Source: Octopus sinensis
Taxonomy: Eukaryota
NCBI RefSeq assembly: GCF_006345805.1
Contig: NC_042997.1
Location: forward strand, 81,096,001 to 81,160,000
DNA: 64,000 bases
Direction: 5' to 3'
The notes beneath the pieces are model-generated. The model made no database searches. It was not told the origin of the DNA and worked only from the letters and a program-made list of their open reading frames with translations. The position numbers were made by a program, and so were the translations under genes. This document shows positions 25,812 to 37,830 of the stretch, piece by piece. How positions within the stretch are numbered: position 1 is the stretch's first letter; each line of letters begins with the position of its first letter.

Positions 25812-26100
25812 ACTTGGTTTGACTCAGGTTCCTGGTAGGATTTATGTGGGTAGTGAGTTACTAACTATAACTTTAGGTATTTGCAAGTTTTCAGCAGCCT
25901 TTCAAATGCTTAGAACCCTCCTGATAACCCTTGCTGTCCCTAAGAAACAAACATATTGTAGGAGCTCTACAAGACATTTTATTCCAATCTCCTTCAGCCA
26001 TTTATCTATATCTTGGCTTACTGTTCCCAATGCACCAATTTTTATAGACATGACTTCTACAGTTTTCATACATCAAATTCCCCTGGTGGTTTGCTGCGCT
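25812..26100 (-). mobile_element. R4/Dong-clade LINE 3' end abutting (TAA)n
   Basis: Minus strand LQYVCFLGTARVIRRVLSI* (cf. QK..LLGTA.ILR.VL*); short 3' UTR, then (TTA/CTA)n at 25760-25811. Confidence 0.7.
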
Positions 26101-26109
26101 TGAAAAGAC

Positions 26110-26415
26110 ATGTCAAATTAAGTAAAAGTATGGTTGTCCTTGCGTACAGGCTCATCCCATGTAACCCTCTCCAACTGAGCATCCCTAATCTCACAAGCTC
26201 ATAGGTGCTATTGTATAAAAAGTACCTGCGCCGATGCTGTGTAAAACCACCCAGTACACTCTGTAGAATGGTTGGTGTTAGGAAGGGCATCCAGCCATAG
26301 AAACCATGCCAAAATAGGCATGGAGCTTGAACAGCCCTTCAGCTGGTCAGCTCCTGTTAAACCATCCAACCCACACCAGCATGGAAAATAGACATTAAAC
26401 AATGATGATGATGAT
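26110..26415 (+). mobile_element. SINE-like element with RTE-type 3' tail and (GAT)n
   Basis: ggttggtgttaggaagggcatccagcc..ccaaccc..cagcatggaaaatagacattaaacaatgatgatg. Confidence 0.7.
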
Positions 26416-26782
26416 GGCTTGCCCAAGGGGCCAAGTAGGGCAAACCTGAAACCACATGGATTAAAATGAAGTTCTTATCTACAAAACCCTGTCTGCACCT
26501 TCTTAACCACATTACAATGAATATTTGTAAATCCCTAAAATACAGGGTATTTACAAAAACAATTTGATAAACTTGATTATAATGTTTCCCTGCTAGAAAT
26601 AGCAAATGCATCTCCATGAAATCCATTCACACCATCTAAAAGGAAACACTGTATAATGTAATTGCTGATATACCATATCTGAAAATATACCAGAGTAGTC
26701 ATTTCTGGAATGCTTTTACCAGCAAGAAATACTTTTTATATCTGAAGATGACATTGATTTATGTGTAATCTAATAGACCTAT

Positions 26783-26990
26783 ATTAGTTTCAAATTTTGA
26801 CACAAGGCCAACAATTTCAGAGGAGGGAGTAAATTGATCACTTCAACCCCGGTACTCAATTTGTACTTATATTATTGATCCTGGAATGCAAAGTCAACCA
26901 TAGCAGCATTTGAACTTGGAACACAATGACAGATGAAATGCCACTAAACATTTTGCCCAACGTGCTAACAATTCTACCAGCTCACCATCT
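26783..26990 (-). mobile_element. Nin/Deu-type SINE, degraded, full length
   Basis: Reverse complement from ggtgagctggtagaattgttagcacg to tgtgtcaaaatttgaaac. Confidence 0.7.
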
Positions 26991-27578
26991 AGGATTATAT
27001 TAAAGGAAATTTTATTAACTCTATGTGAAAAACTATTCTATTTATTATAAATATGTTGTTATAAATATGAAATGTAATTATAAATAAAAATGTAATTATA
27101 GATATAAATATCAAAATACAAAATAAAAATGTAAACTTGTTGTTAATGACTTTTTAAGAATTTAATATCATTTCAATAAATATAATACTATTTAATCAAC
27201 TCAAATGTATATTTTAATGTAAAATACAGACTTCTTCCAGAAGGCCACACTTCAGGAACTCAAAAGTCACATGTAGCTTTCAGGCTAAGGTTCTTACTTT
27301 ATCTCATAACATAAGTGTGTTTGATCCAGGTTGAGATGAAGCTTAGCAACAACAACTTCAATAGTTATAAAGGATTATATTAACTCTTCTTAAAAGGTGG
27401 TGAGCAGGGAAAAGCAGATGTTAAATGATGACGATTATCATTATGATAATGATTATGGTAATGACAATATATATATATATGACCAGGCTATCAGATGTTG
27501 CTACACATCGCTGGTCACAATGCATTTCACATTGTTTTAGTCTTCAAATGACGCCACCCCGCTGGCTAAGCAAGCAGG

Positions 27579-27620
<42 letters not shown>

Positions 27621-27707
27621 AAGAGCTCACGAAAAAACAAAAGACGAAGACAGGTGGTGTACAAAACAAACAGATGTATTAGTATAATGCTCAGGAATAG
27701 AAAAAGT

Positions 27708-27743
27708 CTTTTATGTTTCGAGCGTACGCTCTTCTACAGAAAG
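27708..27743 (-). ncRNA. Degenerate minimal hammerhead-ribozyme-like motif in a Penelope-type terminal repeat fragment
   Basis: Minus strand CUUU-CUGUAGA-A-GAGC(GUAC)GCUC-GAAAC-AUA-AAAG: stem I, stem II and GAAA core present; A6U change and broken stem III palindrome. Confidence 0.45.
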
Positions 27744-27770
27744 GGACACAGAAAAAACAAGGAGAGAAAG

Positions 27771-27776
<6 letters not shown>

Positions 27777-27813
<37 letters not shown>

Positions 27814-30608
27814 CATATATACACACATATATATATACACACACACACATATATATATATACACACACACATAAATATATATACATACATATACACACAT
27901 GTGAAATTCCTCCCCTCCCTATTATATATACATACATACGAACGTAGTGGATAACAGCTAGGTCTTTGGCCGCATTTTGGACCCTATTGTGTTCACTACT
28001 CTGATTGGTTGGTATTGGCACAATTTGTCTCTTACTCTATCGTGCCAATATGGAGTGTATAGCCAATCGAAGCCCCTAAATAAGGTCACATGTGATAGCC
28101 TGTTCTCAACTCAGTTTTGAGCCTACAACTCCTTATAAAAACCCAGCTTCTCCTTGTCTTGAGGTCTTTTGGTTCCAGACCTTTTAAGGTCTAGCCACTG
28201 ACCACACATGACACAGCCAGTTCCAGTGACAACACAACAGCAACCACGTTGAGACTAAATCAACTTCGTCCAACAGCATTCAGCGACCTCCAGCTCCACT
28301 GCCACCATTCGTTCTAACGTCAAAATCTCTCTACGTACACAACTCAACAAGCAACTCACCCAGGTTACAACACTGTGCTATTCGTGAATTACTTCACTAA
28401 GGATCAACAGCAAATATACATCCTGCGAGAACTCCTGTACCAAGTGACCCAGGCAGCAGCCTCACAGCCACAACTGCACATATGACATGTACTGCAACCA
28501 GCTCTGCATCATCGCCGCAACTTCTTGATACGGTATTTCAACTATCGTGTACAATTGACTACAAACTGGTATTTGTCATTCTTGTGTCTATGAACTTACT
28601 CCTCACTTCGATGGCTATAGACTCTTTCACTGTCTCTTCTTCATCGCCATCCTTATATGTTCTTAACACGCATACATCTATGCCTGCATACACATGCATA
28701 CATATTATTCTTATGACAGCCTGTCTATTATTCTGTATATATGACACATGCACAAACACACATGTTAACATATCAATAAATCTTCTCTTAAATATTCTGC
28801 CCGGTTGTGTCTCTTTTTTCCCACTGGCACATAAATGCATTATTCTATTTATTGTACCAACCGTGTGATGTACTAAGGAGCCATTCTTGTTACCTTGCTT
28901 CGCATGGGCATTACAAATTGGTGACCCATTCCAGCTCCTTGAAACTACAAGAATAATTATAATGGAAGAAGGAGATACTCCACAGGTACCATAAACCTTC
29001 CATTCCATTATTACACTAACAAGGACAATGCAGGTCCTTGTTAGTGTATATGTTTTCATTCATGTGCATTAACCTCAGCATTAGAGCATTTTAGCTCTTA
29101 TTTCTAGCAATGTAGGTGTTTCTTAACACCCTAGTCACATTTAGTGACAATTATAATTCTCCTTTTTGGTGAAACATTGCAACCTGCTGTTTATACTAAT
29201 TATATATATATATATATATATATACATACATATATACACACATATATATATACACACACACACATATATATATATACACACACACATAAATATATATACA
29301 TACATATACACACATGTGAAATTCCTCCCCTCCCTATTATATATACATACATACGAACGTAGTGGATAACAGCTAGGTCTTTGGCCGCATTTTGGACCCT
29401 ATTGTGTTCACTACTCTGATTGGTTGGTATTGGCACAATTTGTCTCTTACTCTATCGTGCCAATATGGAGTGTATAGCCAATCGAAGCCCCTAAATAAGG
29501 TCACATGTGATAGCCTGTTCTCAACTCAGTTTTGAGCCTACAACTCCTTATAAAAACCCAGCTTCTCCTTGTCTTGAGGTCTTTTGGTTCCAGACCTTTT
29601 AAGGTCTAGCCACTGACCACACATGACACAGCCAGTTCCAGTGACAACACAACAGCAACCACGTTGAGACTAAATCAACTTCGTCCAACAGCATTCAGCG
29701 ACCTCCAGCTCCACTGCCACCATTCGTTCTAACGTCAAAATCTCTCTACGTACACAACTCAACAAGCAACTCACCCAGGTTACAACACTGTGCTATTCGT
29801 GAATTACTTCACTAAGGATCAACAGCAAATATACATCCTGCGAGAACTCCTGTACCAAGTGACCCAGGCAGCAGCCTCACAGCCACAACTGCACATATGA
29901 CATGTACTGCAACCAGCTCTGCATCATCGCCGCAACTTCTTGATACGGTATTTCAACTATCGTGTACAATTGACTACAAACTGGTATTTGTCATTCTTGT
30001 GTCTATGAACTTACTCCTCACTTCGATGGCTATAGACTCTTTCACTGTCTCTTCTTCATCGCCATCCTTATATGTTCTTAACACGCATACATCTATGCCT
30101 GCATACACATGCATACATATTATTCTTATGACAGCCTGTCTATTATTCTGTATATATGACACATGCACAAACACACATGTTAACATATCAATAAATCTTC
30201 TCTTAAATATTCTGCCGGTTGTGTCTCTTTTTCCCACTGGCACATAAATGCATTATTCTATTTATTGTACCAACCGTGTGATGTACTAAGGAGCCATTCT
30301 TGTTACCTTGCTTCGCATGGGCATTACAAATGGTGACCCATTCCAGCTCCTTGAAACTACAAGAATAATTATAATGGAAGAAGGAGATACTCCACAGGTA
30401 CCATAAACCTTCCATTCCATTATTACACTAACAAGGACAATGCAGGTCCTTGTTAGTGTATATGTTTTCATTCATGTGCATTAACCTCAGCATTAGAGCA
30501 TTTTAGCTCTTATTTCTAGCAATGTAGGTGTTTCTTAACACCCTAGTCACATTTAGTGACAATTATAATTCTCCTTTTTGGTGAAACATTGCAACCTGCT
30601 GTTTATAC

Positions 30609-30612
<4 letters not shown>
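27777..30612. repeat. Near-identical tandem duplication, unit ~1415 bp, delimited by (TA)n
   Basis: 27901 aligns to 29316 and 29189 to 30601; the 3-nt offset is explained by three 1-bp homopolymer indels. Confidence 0.95.
27900..28831 (+). mobile_element. LTR-like element (second copy 29315-30243)
   Basis: tgtgaaa..ctggcaca termini; CCAAT-like motifs, ccttataaaa at ~28131, aataaa at ~28775; no clean TSD. Confidence 0.45.
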
Positions 30613-30642
<30 letters not shown>

Positions 30643-30643
<1 letters not shown>

Positions 30644-31110
30644 TAGCAAAGATACCCAGCATTGCCCGTGTTACATGCAATTGAAGAATTAGACTTTTCT
30701 GTTATATTTTCTCTAATGAACTGGAATACCTATGGTTCGAATTTCATCAAAATTGCAGATGAGGGTTCTTTCCCTCTTTACACACCCTAAAAAAATTCTA
30801 ATCACGACACATGTATCCCATACTACTGATCTTTATGTACAGATTCCAAAATTCCAGTCTTATGGAACCTGTTAAAAGGATTTTGCTCCTGAAAAATGGA
30901 GGTCATGGAGCTCTAAAATGTGGGAGTCAAGGCCCCTATTGGGGGTGGGTGTTTTAATGTCAACCAGAGAAGTTGAATTGTTGAGAATTGTTTAAACTTG
31001 GGTCTTATATCTATTGTTTGAATTTCTTTGAAATAGGAAATATATGTATGTTCACTGGGTTTGTAAAAGTGAACATAAAAAAATGACTAAAATTTGGGAG
31101 TTAAGGGGGT
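30643..31110 (-). mobile_element. Helitron-like 3' terminus and adjacent non-autonomous body
   Basis: Minus strand cacgggcaatgctggg hairpin-like sequence then CTAG|T at 30643; resembles the 3' end at 37640-37668. Confidence 0.55.
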
Positions 31111-31179
31111 CTTAGAATCCTCATGAGAAGTGGAAACTTTGAGAATACTTCTTGATGTATGTCAATTACCCAACAGCCA

Positions 31180-31531
31180 TGCTGAAATGGTGTTTTTAGG
31201 TATCACGTGCTCAGGAGCCAATCCAGCAGCACTGGTATCAACCTCGCTTGAATGTTGCTTTTCATGTGCCACTGGCACAAGTTCGAGTAAGGTAATGCTG
31301 GTAATGATTACGCTTGAATGGTGTGTTTTACATGTCACTGGCATGGGAGCCTGGCAACAGCCCTGGCAACGATAACGCTTGAATGGTGCTCTTTGTGCTC
31401 CACTGGCACAGATGTCATTGAATTTGATTTCGATTTCAATTTCACTTGCCTCCACAGGTTTTTGCAAGCAGAGTTTAGTGTCCAATGAAGGAAAGGTATG
31501 CATAAGTGGGCTGGTTACACCACTGGCATAG
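31180..31531 (-). mobile_element. RTE LINE 3' UTR fragment
   Basis: Reverse complement of the 11370-11700 type UTR (gaggcaagtgaaattgaaatcgaaatc..). Confidence 0.8.
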
Positions 31532-34500
31532 GCTCTATCACTACTTAGGCTCTATCACTACATATCTGACACTCCTTTACTCTTTACACTCTCATACCTT
31601 TCTCGCTCTATCAACCATCACTCACCCACCTCATTCCTTCTATCTGACACTCCTTTACTCTTTACCCTTTCATCTTTTTACACCCTTATATCTTTCTCTC
31701 TATATGATCCTCACCTCCTCATTCCTTCTATCAATTAATCTTGATTGACCACTAACCACTAAATTGACTGACCACTAAATTCCCAATCGTAAAACAATAA
31801 GACCATCATTGTTCTTTCTCTTCATCTCTTTATTATCTCTCTCCCTGCTTTTCTTTTTTGTTTTTTTTTTCCTCTCTTCCTGCTTTCGATTTGACCTTAC
31901 AAATACATTCCCAACTTTTAAGGCACTTTAAATAAAACCCTCAATTCAATAACACTGTGAACAAACTCTATACTTGGAATGACCAATTTTAAATACTATT
32001 GGAACTTACTCACAAAGTACTAGAATCTTATATGCATACCATTCTGCCTAAATAATGGATCTACAGATGCAATATCACTGCATGTCTCACATATATTTTC
32101 ATCCCTCCACTTCACTCTCTATTTCAAATCTTATCTAAAATAACTATTGCTTAACCATTTTCTTACACTTCTCTTTATAAATGTTCTGTAAACTTTCACT
32201 GCCTTGGATTTTTTATCTCATTCTGTTAATATATATATTTCTTTGTTGCTTGGTAATAACCAGAAATAACTCTGACAAAAGTAGCATTAATTTTTTAGGT
32301 CATTAAATTTTTCTCGACCGATCAATGGGCTATTTCAGTAAAACTATCAATAACGAACCTATAATGACTACTGGAAACAGCTATAAGTTAATTTACTACA
32401 ATAAAGAAAAATATGTAATGACCATCATTCCCGCTTTGTCTTGTATATCATTCTGTGTAAAAATCAGTATAACTGGAGCACAAACATAGATTTACTATAT
32501 AGAATGGTAATAAGCAGTAACCTTGGATGCAAGTTGTACAATGATTTTGACTCTACTCAGAGTCACCATGTCAGTAAATAGCCTGTTCTTATTCCTAAAC
32601 TTACTTAAGAATAATTGCTTCTAATTTGGACACACGTTCAGCTATGTTGAGGAGAAAGTTTAGTTGATGCCCTCAACATAACAACTTGACTATCATTTTG
32701 TTTTATCGACTCTATTTAACTGATTACTGTTTAAGAGAATCAAGGTCATATCTCCAACTTGTAAATAAAAGATTGAAAAGCAATGGCTAAAATGGATGGC
32801 TTGATATAGAAGCTGAGGATCAAGTCTTCAAGACGTGTTCTCTGTCTCAATAAATTAATTCTTCATAAAATGGATTTACACCCAAAAATGTTCCTTTTCC
32901 ATCTTCTTGTCATAATGGATGAAAGATAAATAGTTTTTAATCACACTGTTACTGAGAAAAGTTGCAATTTTTATGCCTAATTTTAAGCAACCTAATCAAA
33001 ATTCTTATCCTGAAACTAAATACCATCTGCTTGATTTAATACTATTTCTTTTAAGCACTCATATTCCATAAAGTATTTAGAATTCTTTTTGACATTTAAC
33101 TATTTTTAGTAACTAAACATTTTCAGTTATATAAGTGTTTTTCCCCCCATCTAAATTCCCAATCGCAAAACAATAATATATTCTTGTTTTAAAGATACAC
33201 TACAATAAAAATTGCAAATGTCTTTTGCCTTGCCAAAATTTATTCATTACTACAATAACTCCTTGCTTATTGTTAAGTGTGTTTTTCTTTATGGTCATTT
33301 ATAATGCAAAATCTATACAAATGATAACCCATTATTATTGTTCATTTTACCTTGTTTTCATTTTCATAATGTGTTCAGCAGGCATTCTTATTCACATGTT
33401 CTTAGTGTCAAGTTAGAACAATATAGTCAATCTGATGAATAAGAGCTCAATGTTCTTTCAATGTGCAATCATTTTACTTTGTAAAATTATCTTCTATTAT
33501 GTTCATATTGTCAATTCAAGCAAAGTAAAATCTTTAAGTGGCAAGTTTTCAGTCTTGCACCACTTTTGTTGGTTCCACTCAATAATTTGCAGCATTCTTT
33601 TAAATATAGATTCAGCTTTAAAATATATTTCCAATATAATTCAGCTTAGAAAATTGGAAAAGCAGAAAGAGCTGATTTCCAACCATAAATCTAACTTCAC
33701 ATTGCAGATTTTTTTATCTTACGATAATATTGTAATAAAAGTTATTTGATATCTTCATTAAACATAATCAAAAGACAAATACTAAAAAAGAATTCTAAAG
33801 AAACTTGATCTCACCCATCACACACACACACACACAAAGCTAAACGAAAAATATTACAAGCCAAAGAGAACCTCTACATGAGTGCACAACCTGTTAGAAA
33901 TAACTGCAAAATCTCCTTCAATTTACATCCTATTGTGTTTTGGGTTTTTTTTTAAAGAAAGATAAGATAGTCACAATCATAGGTCTATTCAATCAGGGCT
34001 GGTCTAGATTTAAACAACAATGATTTTATCTTTATAATTCTGTATAAATTTACAAATAAAATGAAAGACAAAATTTTAATTTGGAGGTAATTTCATCTCA
34101 CATACTCTAGACACACATAACCCACCAAAATATTGGATAAGAATTATTACAAAAATCAAGAGCACATATAAATATATGAACTACTTATGAAATTATATTC
34201 ACTCTGAAGTTATAAACAAGAGCCACTAACTCTTGTTAGATTAGTTGTTAATTTAGGGTAGCTGTGGCTGAGGGGACATAATGACATAAAACACAGAGTG
34301 TCCCAAAGTCCATTTATGCTAATGAATTGAGAGTGTATTATGAGCATACAATTGTCTCAAAGGAGAAGGTATTTTCCATTGATGAGATGCAACATTGATT
34401 AGCAGATTCATGTTTGAACTCTCAGAATGAATGGTAGTTTAAACATGAAGAGTGGAAGTTTAAAGATAAAGAAATATGAGTACTGCAAAACAGAATGTAG

Positions 34501-34987
34501 ACCTTGCCTAAAAGTTTGGCCAGTAGGGAGGGAAAGTTGTAAAGCTATTTCTGGCCATTAGTTGATCCCTGCAGGAAGTTAATTTCTAGATATGATCAGA
34601 TATTAAGGATGAGGTTTTGATACTTAGAACAGAACAAAGCAGGTGGTAATCTATTTGATCTCATGTCTCCAAATCAAAGATATTAGACCGTTTTTATGAC
34701 CAAAGTGATTTGTGAAGTAATATAAATTAATATGAAAAGATATAAAACATCTATATTCCATGCAACCTAACAAATAAACAGTTAATAAATTTAATAAAAT
34801 CTGTTCATGTCTGTTAAAGGCAAAAACTGATTTTTGTTGACTAGGATGATTCTATGAAGAAATGAGAAGTGTTTTGGAAAGTTGAAAACCTTACAATATT
34901 TTGATTTTCTTCAAATAGACACCCTACCCAAAATAACTGAACTCATCTCTCCCCATGGTGCAGGATCTTATTTTTGCATATTTCTTG

Positions 34988-35125
34988 TAGCAATGACTGT
35001 GTAGTTAAGAAGTTCACTTCACAACAATGTGGTATTGTGTTCCATCCCACGCATGCCATCTTGGGCAGATGCTTTCTGCTATGGCTTCAAGCTAATCAAT
35101 GCCTTGTGAGTGAATGCATATGAGT
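34988..35125 (+). mobile_element. Degraded CORE-SINE head
   Basis: gactgtgtagttaagaag..catcttgggcagatgc..gccttgtgagtgaat. Confidence 0.55.
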
Positions 35126-35127
35126 GT

Positions 35128-35204
35128 GTGTGTGTACTTATATATATATATTTATATATGTGTATATTTATATGTATATATATATATATTTATATATACA
35201 TATA

Positions 35205-35250
<46 letters not shown>

Positions 35251-35325
35251 AAAATATATACATATATATATATGTAAAAATATATACATATATACATATA
35301 TATATATATACATATATATATAATA

Positions 35326-35419
<94 letters not shown>

Positions 35420-35424
35420 GTATA
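35128..35424. repeat. Long (TA)n-rich microsatellite
   Basis: Direct reading. Confidence 0.95.
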
Positions 35425-36354
35425 TCTCTTATTATAAAAGGCAGATTTTATCTGCCCCCCTTTGTCAGTTATAGAAATCTACAATATAGGATTTCTTCAA
35501 TTACAATTTACTTAGCATTTTTAAGAGTAGAATGCATCGGGTTTTGCCAGGTCCACTTTTTTAAATTTAAACTCCAATTAAGCAAAATTTACAGAAAACT
35601 CACATTCTGGTGTGTATGTCAAATGCTTTTCTTAATGTGGTTTACATCACATGCACACGCACACACACAGTGTGCAATGAATAAAATGAAAGTAATTCAC
35701 CTTTTGTAGTGAGTGACTCTTTCAGTCTGCCACTTCCTCTTTACACACATAGACACACAAATATATAAATAAAATTGTAAGCTAACGTGCGTGTGTGTGT
35801 GCGTGTGTGTGTGAGGGTGCGTGTGTGTGTGTGTGTGTGTGCGTGCGTGTGCGTGAGTGTGTGACAGGAAAGTTTTTTAGGACGAATATAAGACCTATAT
35901 CGGCGATGTTTCGCTTGTCGTAGCACGGGTTTCCGTCGATTTCCGTAAAAAACTTTTATTTTTTTACATAAGTAATGAGAGCGAAAGAGACTAAGAGAAA
36001 GCGATTGTATGACGAGGGAAGTTCTTTTGAAGTTACCGTGCATGGGACGCATTGATGTACATGTGTGTGTGTGTGTGTGTTTGATGGAGTGTGGGAGACA
36101 GACAGTATGTTGTGTAAGTGAAGTGCTTCTGTTAGTGTGTGTGAAGAAACAGAGAGAGTAATGTGTGAAAGAGAGAGATAACTGAATTTTTTTACTCGGT
36201 GTATGTGTATATGTATGTATGCATGTGTGTATGTATGTGTGTGTGTATGTATGTATGTATGTATGGCCGATTCAGTGTTTACATTTTTTACGGAAATCGA
36301 CGGAAACGTGTGCTACGACAAGCGAAACATCGCCCCTATATCCAAGTAGCAGAA

Positions 36355-36821
36355 AGATCGCCCAAAAGTGTATATAGATATTTAAATGTATTTATATATT
36401 CATCTATACACAGATGTATGTATAATGTGTGTGTATATATTTCCATACACGTAACCATTCACTCCGCACAAAGTTTTTTAGGACGAAAATAAGATCTAAA
36501 GTTATCTCTAAGTAGCACAGAGATCGCCCAAAAGTGTATATAGATATATAAATGTAGTTATATATTCATTTATGCACACATGTATGTATAATGTGTGTGT
36601 ATATATTTCCATAGAGGTAACCATTCACTCCATACAAAGTTTTTTAGCACGAAAATAAGATCTAAAGTTATCTCTAAGAAACAGAAAGATCGCCCAAAAG
36701 TGTATATAGATATTTAAATGTATTTATATATTCATCTATACACACATATATGTATAATGTGCGTGTATATATTTCCATAGAGGTAACCATTCAATCCATA
36801 CAAAGTTTTTTAGGACGAAAA
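36355..36821 (+). repeat. 166-bp minisatellite, ~2.8 copies, inside the Helitron
   Basis: agatcgcccaaaagtg at 36355, 36521 and 36687. Confidence 0.9.
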
Positions 36822-37102
36822 TATTTATATATAAAAGAAAGGTTGTCTGTCTATCTACTCCGATTTAGATTCCTAACTACTCCCCCATTTTGCGATGCAG
36901 TTTAACCAAAACCGGGTATCTTATAGTCGTGATTCATATCGAGCCCTTCTGGGTATTAGCGCACGTCTACGATGAGTCTATGATTTTACAAATAATTTAC
37001 CATCATTTTTTTCCATTTTAATGCATATTTTTTTTAATAAACGGAAGTAACTCTCAAACTTCACACCAATATGCGTGCTCATATGCGACGTAATATCACA
37101 TC

Positions 37103-37565
37103 AGCAGCATTTCCTCACACCCTCCTTGCACTTGGCGAAGGCAAAATACCAGGGGATGAAAATGGTAATATTGCCATCGATTCCATTTGAACCATTGTTA
37201 AGACGCCTTCTGATCTCAGAGATGCAGTGTTCCCAGATCTACAAGCTAATTATCAGAATATGGTTTGGATTGGCAAAAAGGCTGTACTGGCCCCGAGGAA
37301 TAAAACTGTTCACCATATTAATGATGAAATGCTAAAACTCATTCCTGGGGAAGTCTATGTATATCAGTCTATCGATACAACTCCTGACCCAGAGGACGTC
37401 ATCAACTATCCAGTAGAGGTACTCAATTCCTTTGAGCACCCCGGACTACCACCACACTTTCTCAAACTTAAAGTTGGTGCCCCTATAATGCTCATCAGAA
37501 ATTTGGTTCCCCCAAAACAATGCAATGGCACATGTTTGATCGTTAAGTCCTTATCTCCCACCGTA
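37103..37565 (+). pseudogene. Helitron RepHel helicase (Pif1 family) fragment
   Basis: AVLAPRNKTV..IN..IPGE..YQSIDT..NYPVEVLNSFEHPGLPPHFLKLKVGAPIMLIRNL.PPKQCNGT; upstream LLALGEGK..* with a stop. Confidence 0.9.
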
Positions 37566-37830
37566 AGCTTATATCAATATTTGCCTGAATAATCATCATA
37601 ATTCAGTGCAATCATTAACAGTACTTTCAAGCAATTCAGCCCCGAGCAACGCCGGGCAATTCTGCCAGTATATATATAAATATACACAAATATAAGAGAG
37701 TGTCCACTATGTGGTCGACTCTTGCGCTAAAAATAGATCCGTTATGGTCTCAACCACCAAAAATTGTTTCCAAGGAGAATTAGCACAACCATTAACGTAA
37801 ACGAGCAGGGCAAATGAAAAATAACAAAAA

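Larger units (their letters stand above)
35425..37668 (+). mobile_element. Non-autonomous Helitron with a Pif1-type helicase fragment
   Basis: A|TC 5' end at 35425; GC hairpin gccccgagcaacgccgggc then CCAG|T 3' end at 37668; inserted in (TA)n. Confidence 0.75.

Noticed and set aside
28482-29059. Hydrophobic ORFs as an env-like or membrane protein gene
   Set aside because: Low-complexity LTR-like sequence with no motifs; the frames are disrupted in the duplicate copy.
33200-33760. Further degraded Penelope GIY-YIG remnant on the minus strand
   Set aside because: Only faint motif echoes (KTC, YI) among many stops; not supportable without an HMM search.
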